A stretch of DNA of 63,991 bases, filler included, from Babesia bigemina (Eukaryota): NCBI RefSeq assembly GCF_000981445.1. It is 4 parts of 4 records of this genome, joined end to end, with 100 filler letters (N's around TTAATTAATTAA, not from the genome) between each part and the next. Parts side by side here need not be neighbours in the genome. Positions count along the whole stretch, not along the records: positions 1 to 24,585 come from NW_012237332.1; 3 more parts are not named here. The stretch is one strand, 5' to 3'. Positions 10,949 through 20,406 of this stretch are shown one piece after another. Every line of letters begins with the position of its first letter. Within the stretch, counting starts at the first letter, position 1. The notes under the pieces were generated by a model. That model saw only the letters and a program-made list of their open reading frames with translations, did no database searches and had not been told where the DNA came from. The position numbers and the translations under genes were made by a program.

Positions 10949-13900
10949 ATGGCCTTCTTAAACCATACTAATAACTTGTGCTTTGTCACCCTTCCTTCCC
11001 CCTCTTCCTCTGCTGAGCTAGACAAATTGCAGTCCAAGTTGGACGCTTTGGAGAAAGTGAAGAAGCTTTGTGAATTTTTGACTAATCTTAATAATCAACA
11101 AAATGAGCCTAAAAAGCTCTTAGATAACCTCTGCACTGGCCTTCAGACTTTCCTCGGCTTCAACTCTGAGTCAAAAGGCTACAACGGCTCTGGTATTGTC
11201 TACTCTGACTTGGACAGGCTGTGTGATGCAGTGATGGGATTTTTGAGTGGTGTGCTTGGCGCGGTGAAAGATGATGAAGCAGTTAAAACGTACGATAATT
11301 ACATGACTAAAAAGCTTAAAGATGTACTAGACACATTAACTTCTTCAATTGGCACCGGGCGTAATGGGCTTGCGGCGTCTGTCCGCGCGGTGAAGGAGTG
11401 GTTGGAGGGGTATGATACTCAAATTACTAATAAAACAAATGCAGTAACAAACGCTTTAACAACGTTAAGCAACAACCTAAATGACGGTTATGCTAATATT
11501 GTTGAATCAAAAAAAGTCGATAGCCTTGAAAAACAGTTAGAGTCATGGAACTCCACGGTGTCAGACGTCGCTCGTGAAATTGAGGTGATTGAAGAAGAAA
11601 AAATCAGTGAGTTGGATAACGCGTTGAAAAATGCAGTTATGAATAAAATTGAACCGATTAAAAAGTCCGTTGCAATGCTGGCAAATTCCGCCAAGCAAGA
11701 TGAATTTGTGCAGCAGGCGTCGAAGGTGGAGAGTGAGTTGGTGAAGCAGAGAGACATAATTACAGACACAGTTGAAGACATGGTACAAAATATTCGAGAG
11801 AGTGTACAGTCGTTGGAGACATGTAAAGATCAACAAATTTGGCTTGTGAAAAAGACTATAGAGAGGGCTGACGCTTTTTTAGATAGATCATTATACACGG
11901 AGTATATATACAAAATTTTGGCGTCTTTCAATCAGATAGAGTGTGAAGTTAAGAATGTATATAAAAGCTTGAATGCTAATAAAGGGGTGCTTGAAAATCT
12001 GGTTAATAAAGCTAGAGAGCACTTTCGGTCGATTAGAAGTGGAATTCAGCATGGTGCTGGCAGTGAAGGTAATATAGAGCATCAATGGGATGGCTTTAAA
12101 GTCCACCTTGCAAAATTTGTCAACGGTCTGTATAAGCAAGAACTTGAGATCGATCAAGACGATATTGATGTTACGAATGGCCTCATCAATGAAATTGAGA
12201 GTGGAGTCATGAATTATGGTGGCAACTTTGCGAAAAGGTTTGATGTGGCTATAGGAAATGTAGTTCGTAGCATCGTAAGCGAAAAGGAAGGTGCTGTGGA
12301 AAAGTACATTGAACAGTACGTACGGCGAAACAACAAATATTTCAAAGCCGATGTGAAGGCCAAACTTGAAGGCACGGGAAATACACAGATCGCAGCGTTC
12401 GTGGCGAGCCATCTTAGTCCCATAATTGAGAAGCAACTTCAATTGCACATTTCGCAAAAGATCAAGCAGTTTGAAATAGTCACTGACGACAGCGTCGACA
12501 CCGTTGTAGGAAATATCCAGACATATCTTACCACATACGCAGAGGCGGTTGATCCAATTAAGGTTAACACAATTGTGGAAATGATCGAGGAGCACTTAGA
12601 AATCGTTGCATCCGCTATGAAGACACAAGGTTATGACAACCAATATATGACCAAAATAATGAAAACCGTTCTCACAGCTGTCCACGCCATAACTCTACGC
12701 GTAAAAGAGGAACTTAACTCGTTCAACACCGACAGTGATAACATTAATTACAAATTCGGCAAGAATATAGATGAATCTATTAAATCGTTTACACAATTTG
12801 ATAAGTTGTTTAAGCTCACGCAGCAACAGGTGTCTGAAAAATTTGAAGATGTGAAAGGAAAAATTGGCCAACTCGACACGTTTTTGAATAAGAGTGAAGG
12901 CAAAATTACCAGGAAGCTCGCACATATTGAAGGTGATATTATAAGGCTTGAAAAACTTCAAAACGACAAAAATGATATTCGCAACAGAGAAAGTGATGTG
13001 GTCATAGACAGGAAAGGAGAGGAGGCCGATAGGCTTATGAAAGAGTTGAAAATAGACCTCAAGCACAAACTCAACGAAATTACTGTAGCTGTAAGCAATG
13101 CGGGTTACGCATTAGACACCGCCATTCAATCACTCCTAACCACCCTCAACAAATCTAAAGATCTATGTTTACAATCCGTCACCTCCGCCTTCACCACCCT
13201 CACCTCCGAGGTCCGCGCCCTCTTCGCCGAAGGCCACAAAGCCGACCTGGCGGCGCTCAAGACGCTCGTCGACGGGCAGAAGGCGGAGATTGAGAAGATC
13301 ATTGGGGAGGATAAAGCGAATAATATTAAGGGTCTGCTGCAGAAAATATACGGTGGATTATTGTATGATCGTGCGGGTCAAAACACAAATAACACTCTTG
13401 AAGATATGATGGAAACCTCCAAGGAGTCGGCTGCCCAAAGTCGTGAGCAGTCCAAATTCCTATCACATCTGTCAACACAATTCAAATCGTACTCTGATGC
13501 CGTGCTAGATTACATTAGATCGCAGGTGAAGTCCTCTGATTCCGCAAGTGATCAGTCCAACCAAGTCGGTGGGCTCAAGAACGCATTGGACGCCCTGCTT
13601 GTTCACCTTAACGATACCGACACTCCTTATACAATTAATCCGCTGAACAAACGTATTCACCTATTTGATCATAAATATGACGAATTGTTAGCAATACTTC
13701 GAACATCTTTGGACACCTTCACCTCCCCCTCCCCCCTCCTCGCCCCCCTCAAGGCCGGCCTCTCCAACTTCGCGCAGCAACTCGGCCTCGCGTACGTGAA
13801 CAGGTATAGTGGTCAAACATTCAAACAGTTAACTAAGCCTGTTGAACCTTCAAAAACAGCCGCTGCACCCGAAAAACCTTCCATCCCTGATTACGATTTA

Positions 13901-16168
13901 ACCCCTGAGGGCCGGAACTGCGCCAAGGTCTGCCTGACGATGGTGGAGATACTGGTTAACGATTTCTATGAGCTAATGAAAGAGTGCCAAAAATCGTGGA
14001 AAAACAAACAAATTAATACGTATGAAAACAACTTATTTGGCAAATGGTTAGAGGAACAAGGCTACGAAGTGAATTACAAGAAAGGCAAGCAGACCGGTGT
14101 ATTGCACGACACGATTGGAATGAAGGGATTGAAAATTTATGATGAGCTTCTCAACATGAACATTGGATCTTCTAAAAGAATAAATTTACAGGCTCCGTGG
14201 GTGATGGAAATTCGTAAGCAAAAAGAAGCCGACAATAAAAATCCTCATCAGATAAACGTCGTCGACATTCTTCAATTCCTTTACGGACTAACCAAAACTT
14301 ATTACGATGTATGCCACCTGCGCCATATTGAGAGACCGAAATCGCCGTCATCAGTCTACCAAATGCTGGTATGGCTGACTGGACTTCCTCACAATCGGAT
14401 GAACTCTACCGTATCAGTTGGCGACATCAGCGAACTGTTCCCCAAATCGGATGATGAGGCAAACGGCGTAGGAGATGGCACAATCCCGGTGGTAGATGAT
14501 GACGAATCGTTACCGGCGTATCCAGCTCCTGTTACCGCTGCGAATCTACGAGAGGCACTTCGAAATGTCTGCACCTATGCGGAAACTGTACTTATTTCCA
14601 TCCTTGGTCATGGCCACGCGAACGGCGTTTACGCCGTTGACTTCAACACAAACCCCGACGGTTTCTCATATCCTACCGCGCCTGGAGCGTGCTTCGATAT
14701 GCTTGTGGACATATCGAAGAGACTATATGACCAACTGTATTTCTTATTTATTCAATGCTCACGTACCTATGAAACTAACAGTTGGCGAGACTGCTGGTAC
14801 GGTCGGCACGTCGGTGGCTCAGACTGGAGGTGCAATGAGAAGCAATGCATCAACCAAATGGGCAACCAAAGTGCTGACCAAAAGGCCAACCAATGCTGTG
14901 GCCAAACGTGTGAGCAACACCCTAAGTGCGGCCTTAAATCTCCGTTACAGTCTTTCTTGGAAGACGGTTTGCCAGGATTTTTGCCGCACCAGTTCAAGAA
15001 CCCGGGTTGCAAGCTGGACTGCAGTACGGCCAATCACCGTGGGTTGCCGTGCAAAACGCCCATGGGTTTTTCAGATATAAGTAATATTGCATCGCATACT
15101 AAGCAAGGAGAATACATTATGAACACCCTCTATAGATTCTGTGGCCAACCGGATAGTCCACTTAATCAGTTGTCTACATATTTGGCGTGCCTATTAAGTG
15201 CTCCTCCAGCAACATTAGGTGACATGTTCGCTTTTTTCTACAATTACCTAGACGGGTGGCACAATCAACAGCTTAAAGAACGTGTGTCACACAGGGAGGA
15301 TGCCTTTGATGGCGCAATCACCAAGGCGTATTTCGGAGTTAAATACGATGATTTTGACCTATCGTTGCTTTTTAATGCTAAGCATTCCGATCACAACAAA
15401 CATCGTGACTTAATAAGTCTCGTTTGCGGGGGTGACAACAAATCAGTAACTAACTGCGGCCGCTATCTGCAACCTATCAACGCTAATACATGGACAGTGT
15501 TTTCTAAGGAGAACGCCGACAAGTATCTGTCGTGGATTATCTACCTCACTGAGTCCTTCTATAAGTTGCTTGAGCAGTTATACAAGGAATGTTGCGCAAA
15601 CTGTACATCTGCTGGATCACGTTGCCACGGTAAAACCTGCGTCGCGGATTGCAAAGTCAAATCCCACTACGCATCTCTGGCATCTGCTGCCAAAAGCAAA
15701 ACTCCTGCCCCCGCACCTACCGAACACCAACACAATGAATTATGCAAACCTATCTCTCACTGCCCGTTCACACGTCCTACCTTGTGTAAGTACGGTTTTG
15801 TTTTTAAAAGCCTATCCAATATGAGCGGCGAGAATGGAGAACTAACGATGCGTACCTGCAAAGACCTATGTAACGCATTGCAGAAAGTTCTGAGTAATAA
15901 AATCAGTGACGGTGCACCACTCGCCAAATTGGTACATGAAGTAATCCCCAAATTCATATGGGCCATTAGGCAAAAATTCTTCTGGACCACCGTCGCCCTC
16001 TGGCTCCTGTCCCTCCTCTACCTCCTCCACATCATGGTCATCCGCCTCGACCTGCTCCACATCAAATCTCACTTACACTCACCATCGTCACATCGCATCG
16101 CCGCTCAATCACTACTCGCCGCCGCACGTGTTAACAAGCTTAACAGGGTGTTTTACCTGCAACCGTAA
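10949..16168 (+). CDS. ves: VESA-like antigen, subfamily-2 body, tail type B (...NKLNRVFYLQP)
   Basis: 1739-aa ATG-started ORF with YSDLDRLCD, HPKCGLKSPLQSFLEDGL, C-terminal TM and RLDLLHIKSHLHSP tail. Confidence 0.88.
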   Translation: MAFLNHTNNLCFVTLPSPSSSAELDKLQSKLDALEKVKKLCEFLTNLNNQQNEPKKLLDNLCTGLQTFLGFNSESKGYNGSGIVYSDLDRLCDAVMGFLSGVLGAVKDDEAVKTYDNYMTKKLKDVLDTLTSSIGTGRNGLAASVRAVKEWLEGYDTQITNKTNAVTNALTTLSNNLNDGYANIVESKKVDSLEKQLESWNSTVSDVAREIEVIEEEKISELDNALKNAVMNKIEPIKKSVAMLANSAKQDEFVQQASKVESELVKQRDIITDTVEDMVQNIRESVQSLETCKDQQIWLVKKTIERADAFLDRSLYTEYIYKILASFNQIECEVKNVYKSLNANKGVLENLVNKAREHFRSIRSGIQHGAGSEGNIEHQWDGFKVHLAKFVNGLYKQELEIDQDDIDVTNGLINEIESGVMNYGGNFAKRFDVAIGNVVRSIVSEKEGAVEKYIEQYVRRNNKYFKADVKAKLEGTGNTQIAAFVASHLSPIIEKQLQLHISQKIKQFEIVTDDSVDTVVGNIQTYLTTYAEAVDPIKVNTIVEMIEEHLEIVASAMKTQGYDNQYMTKIMKTVLTAVHAITLRVKEELNSFNTDSDNINYKFGKNIDESIKSFTQFDKLFKLTQQQVSEKFEDVKGKIGQLDTFLNKSEGKITRKLAHIEGDIIRLEKLQNDKNDIRNRESDVVIDRKGEEADRLMKELKIDLKHKLNEITVAVSNAGYALDTAIQSLLTTLNKSKDLCLQSVTSAFTTLTSEVRALFAEGHKADLAALKTLVDGQKAEIEKIIGEDKANNIKGLLQKIYGGLLYDRAGQNTNNTLEDMMETSKESAAQSREQSKFLSHLSTQFKSYSDAVLDYIRSQVKSSDSASDQSNQVGGLKNALDALLVHLNDTDTPYTINPLNKRIHLFDHKYDELLAILRTSLDTFTSPSPLLAPLKAGLSNFAQQLGLAYVNRYSGQTFKQLTKPVEPSKTAAAPEKPSIPDYDLTPEGRNCAKVCLTMVEILVNDFYELMKECQKSWKNKQINTYENNLFGKWLEEQGYEVNYKKGKQTGVLHDTIGMKGLKIYDELLNMNIGSSKRINLQAPWVMEIRKQKEADNKNPHQINVVDILQFLYGLTKTYYDVCHLRHIERPKSPSSVYQMLVWLTGLPHNRMNSTVSVGDISELFPKSDDEANGVGDGTIPVVDDDESLPAYPAPVTAANLREALRNVCTYAETVLISILGHGHANGVYAVDFNTNPDGFSYPTAPGACFDMLVDISKRLYDQLYFLFIQCSRTYETNSWRDCWYGRHVGGSDWRCNEKQCINQMGNQSADQKANQCCGQTCEQHPKCGLKSPLQSFLEDGLPGFLPHQFKNPGCKLDCSTANHRGLPCKTPMGFSDISNIASHTKQGEYIMNTLYRFCGQPDSPLNQLSTYLACLLSAPPATLGDMFAFFYNYLDGWHNQQLKERVSHREDAFDGAITKAYFGVKYDDFDLSLLFNAKHSDHNKHRDLISLVCGGDNKSVTNCGRYLQPINANTWTVFSKENADKYLSWIIYLTESFYKLLEQLYKECCANCTSAGSRCHGKTCVADCKVKSHYASLASAAKSKTPAPAPTEHQHNELCKPISHCPFTRPTLCKYGFVFKSLSNMSGENGELTMRTCKDLCNALQKVLSNKISDGAPLAKLVHEVIPKFIWAIRQKFFWTTVALWLLSLLYLLHIMVIRLDLLHIKSHLHSPSSHRIAAQSLLAAARVNKLNRVFYLQP

Positions 16169-16293
16169 TCGCACTCATGTGTTTACTATCTACACTCACC
16201 TAGCATCACCTACTCACCTAACTTATGAATTGCGCTTTAATCTGTTGCATCACTCATTAATCGTTGTACGTGATTGTGTAGTAGTTTACTAAA

Positions 16294-16583
16294 GTGTTGA
16301 CCAATGTGCTGACCAATGTGCTGACCAAAGTGCTGATCAAAGTGGTGACCAACGTGTTAGCCAACGTGTTGACCAAGGTGCTGACCAATGTGCTGACCAA
16401 TGTGCTGACCAACGTGGTGACCTATGTGCTGACCAATGTGCTGACCAATGTGCTGACCAATGTGCTGACCAACGTGGTGACCTATGTGCTGACCAACGTG
16501 GTGACCTATGTGCTGACCAAGCACCTGACCAAGTTAGAGGTCACGGCAGCGATGACATGGTTACGGCAGCGATGACATGGTCA
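16294..16583 (+). repeat. 12-bp array (16294-16533) followed by a short 20-bp array
   Basis: Direct periodicity. Confidence 0.92.
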
Positions 16584-16599
16584 CAAGTGGTGATTATTA

Positions 16600-17950
16600 T
16601 CCACTCTACATCGCCCCTTAACCACTCCACATCGCTGCCTAATCCACTCTGCATCGCCCCTTATCCACTCTACATCGCTCCTTATCCACTCCACATCGCC
16701 CCTTTACCCACTCTACATCGCCCCTTAACCCACTCTACATCGCTCCCTTACCCACTCTACATCGCTCCCTAACCCACTCTACATCGCCCCTTTATCCACC
16801 CTACATCGCTCCCTAACCCACTCTACATCGCTCCCTAACCCACTCTACATCGCCCCTTTATCCACTCTTCATCGCTCCCTAACCCACTCTACATCGCTCC
16901 CTAATCCACTCTTCATCGCTCCCTAACCCACTCTACATCGCTCCCTAATCCACTCTACATCGCCCCTTAACCCACTCTACATCGCTCCCTTATCCACTCT
17001 ACATCGCCCCCTAATCCACTCTACATCGCTCCTTAACCCACTCTACATCGCTCCCTAACCCACTCTACATCGCCCCTTAACCCACTCTACATCGCTCCCT
17101 AACCCACTCTACATCGCTCCCTAACCCACTCTACATCGCTCCCTAACCCACTCTACATCGCCCCTTAACCCACTCTACATCGCTCCCTAACCCACTCAAC
17201 ATCGCCCCTTTACCCACTCTACATCGTTCCCTAACCCACTCTACATCGCCCCTTAACCCACTCTACATCGCCCCTTCATCCACTCTACATCGCTCCCTAA
17301 CCCACCTTACATCGCCCCTTTATCCACTCCACATCGCCCCTTTATCCACTCCACATCGCCCCTTAACCCACTCTACATCGCCCCTTTATCCACTCTACAT
17401 CGCCCCTTTATCCACTCTACATCGCTCCTTTATCCACTCTACATCGCTCCCTAACCCACTCTACATCGCTCCTCTATCCACTCTACATCGCTCCCTGATC
17501 CACTCTACATCGCCCCTTTATCCACTCTACATCGCTCCCTAACCCACTCTACATCGCCCCTTAATCCACTCTACATCGCTCCCTAACCCACTCTACATCG
17601 CCCCTTAACCCACTCTACATCGCCCCTTTACCCACTCCACATCGCCCCTTAACCCACCCTTCATCGCTCCTTTACCCACTCTACATCGCTCCCTAACCCA
17701 CTCTACATCGCTCCCTAACCCACTCTACATCGCTCCTTTATCCACTCTACATCGCTCCTTTATCCACTCTACATCGCTCCTTATCCACTCTACATCGCTC
17801 CCTAACCCACTCCACATCGCTCCTTAACCCACTCTACATCGCCCCTTAACCCACTCTACATCGCCCCTTAACCCACTCTACATCGCCCCTTTATCCACTC
17901 TACATCGCCCCTTTATCCACTCTACATCGCTCCCTAACCCACTCTACATC
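16600..17950 (+). repeat. 22-bp satellite
   Basis: About 60 direct units. Confidence 0.97.
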
Positions 17951-18838
17951 CCTTGAATCACCTCGCCTTAATACCGCTATGACCTTTATAAACCTTTATA
18001 ATAACTTGTGCTTTGTCACCCTTCACTTCCCTCTTCCACCTCTTGCCACTGCCATGTCCCATCATGTTCACCCTAACTCCAAATCTCTCGAATTACTTCA
18101 TTATATTAACGCTATGACCTCCATTAATCATTATAATAACTTGTTGATACTGACCATTCTCTCACTGACGATGCTACTAGAAGAGCCTTGCAGGACATTG
18201 ACTCCAAGCTTGTTAGCCTTGGTCACCTGGCTGGACAGCTTGGAGGATTTGTTGGTGAAAGTGAGAGTGTTAAGAAAGCCGTTATATATGCTATTATCGC
18301 CCAAATTAACAGTAATGAAGAGCTTAAAAAGCTTTACTCTTCTCATGTTACTATCCTTTCTGAGTCTGTCAAGCCTGCTGGCAAGGCTGATGACAACCTA
18401 AAAATTAGTGAGCTTAAAGATAAAGTTACCACTGAAATTACGCTTACTGAAGAGGCAATTAAGAATCTTAAGCCTACTGAAAATAACTCTCTTCCTTCCC
18501 CCTCTCCCTCTGCTGAGCTAGCCAAATTGCACTCCAAGTTGGAGGCTTTGAGGAAGGTGGAGAAGCTTTGTGGATTTTATGAGAATCTTAATACTAAACA
18601 AAATGATCCTAAAAAGCTCTTAGATAATTTATGTTCCGGCCTCGAAAAATTCCTCGGCTTCAACTCTGACTCCAAAGGCTACGACGGCAGTGGGATTGTG
18701 TACTCTGACCTGGATAGGCTGTGTGACGCAGTGATGGGATTTTTTGAGTGGTGTGCTTGAGGATGTCAGCGAGAAACAGCCTTACAGTGTGGGTAAAACA
18801 ATACTAATAGAGATTGTTACTGGAGCTTAAAAATAATT
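17951..18838 (+). pseudogene. ves: Truncated, frameshifted duplicate of the leader and 5' end of the ves gene at 43415
   Basis: Essentially identical to 43178-44063, with an extra T at ~18741 and an extra G at ~18822, then an abrupt switch to satellite. May be an assembly artefact. Confidence 0.65.
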
Positions 18839-18844
18839 CGCTCC

Positions 18845-20406
18845 GTAATCCACTCAACATCGCTCCTTAGCGCACTGTACATCGCTCCCTAACCCACTCC
18901 ACATCGCTCCCTAACCCACTCCACATCGCTCCTTTACCCACTCCACATCGCCCCTTAATCCACCCTACATCGCCCCTCTATCCACTCTACATCGCCCCTT
19001 TACCCACTCTACATCGCCCCTTTACCCACTCTACATCGCCCCTTTACCCACTCTACATCGCCCCTTTACCCACTCTACATCGCTCCCTAACCCACTCTAC
19101 ATCGCCCCTTTACCCACTCTACATCGCCCCTTAACCCACCTTACATCGCCCCTCTACCCACTCTACATCGCTCCCTAACCCACTCTACATCGCCCCTTAA
19201 CCCACTCTACATCGCCCCTTTATCCACTCCACATCGCCCCTTAATCCACTCTACATCGCTCCCTTATCCACCCTACATCGCCCCTTAACCCACTCCACAT
19301 CGCCCCTTTATCCACTCCACATCGCTCCCTTAACCCACTCCACATCGCTCCCTAACCCACTCTACATCGCCCCCTAACCCACTCTACATCGCCCCTTAAC
19401 CCACTCCACATCGCTCCTTTATCCACTCTACATCGCCCCTTATCCACTCTACATCGCCCCTCTATCCACTCTACATCGCCCCTTTGTCCACTCTACATCC
19501 CTCCTTTATCCACTCTACATCGCTCCTTATCCACTCTACATCGCTCCCTAACCCACTCTACATCGCCCCCTAACCCACTCCACATCGCCCCCTAACCCAC
19601 TCTACATCGCCCCTTTACACACTCCACATCGCCCCTTAACCCACTCTACATCGCTCCTCTATCCACTCTACATCGCCCCTTACCCACTCTACATCGCTCC
19701 TTAATCCACTCTACATCGCTCCCTAACCCACTCTACATCGCCCCTTAATCCACCCTTCATCGCCCCTTAACCCACTCTACATCGCCCCTTTATCCACTCC
19801 ACATCGCTCCTTAACCCACTCTACATCGCTCCTTTATCCACTCTACATCGCTCCTTTATCCACTCTACATCGCTCCCTTACCCACTCCACATCGCTCCCT
19901 AACCCACTCCACATCGCCCCTTTACCCACTCCACATCGCCCCTTAACCCACTCTTCATCGCCCCTTAACCCACTCTACATCGCCCCTTAATCCACTCCAC
20001 ATCGCTCCTTAACCACTCCACATCGCTCCTTTATCCACTCTACATCGCCCCTTTACCCACTCTACATCGCCCCTTAAACTCCTCTAATCGCTTCTTTATC
20101 CACTCTACATCGCTCCCTCATCCACTCCACATCGCTCCTTTATCCACTCTACATCGCTCCCTAAATCACTCCACATCGCTCCCTAAACCACTCTACATCG
20201 CTCCCTAAACCACTCTACATCGCTCCTTTATCCACTCTACATCGCTCCCTAAACCACTCTACATCGCTCCTTTATCCACTCTACATCGCCCCTTTATCCA
20301 CTCTACATCACCCCTTAACCCACTCTACATCGCCCCTTTGTCCACTCTACATCGCTTCTTTATCCACTCTACATCGCCCCTTTATCCACTCTACATCGCC
20401 CCTTAA
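18845..20406 (+). repeat. 22-bp satellite ending at the retrotransposon 5' junction
   Basis: Direct units; the last ~810 bp are colinear with 9922-10731. Confidence 0.96.

Noticed and set aside
18143..18180. 38-nt GT-AG intron that would join the leader ATG to the ves frame
   Set aside because: Works for the 17979/43206 copy only; the AG is lost at ~51767 and the GT is GC at ~34484. Unsupported without cDNA.
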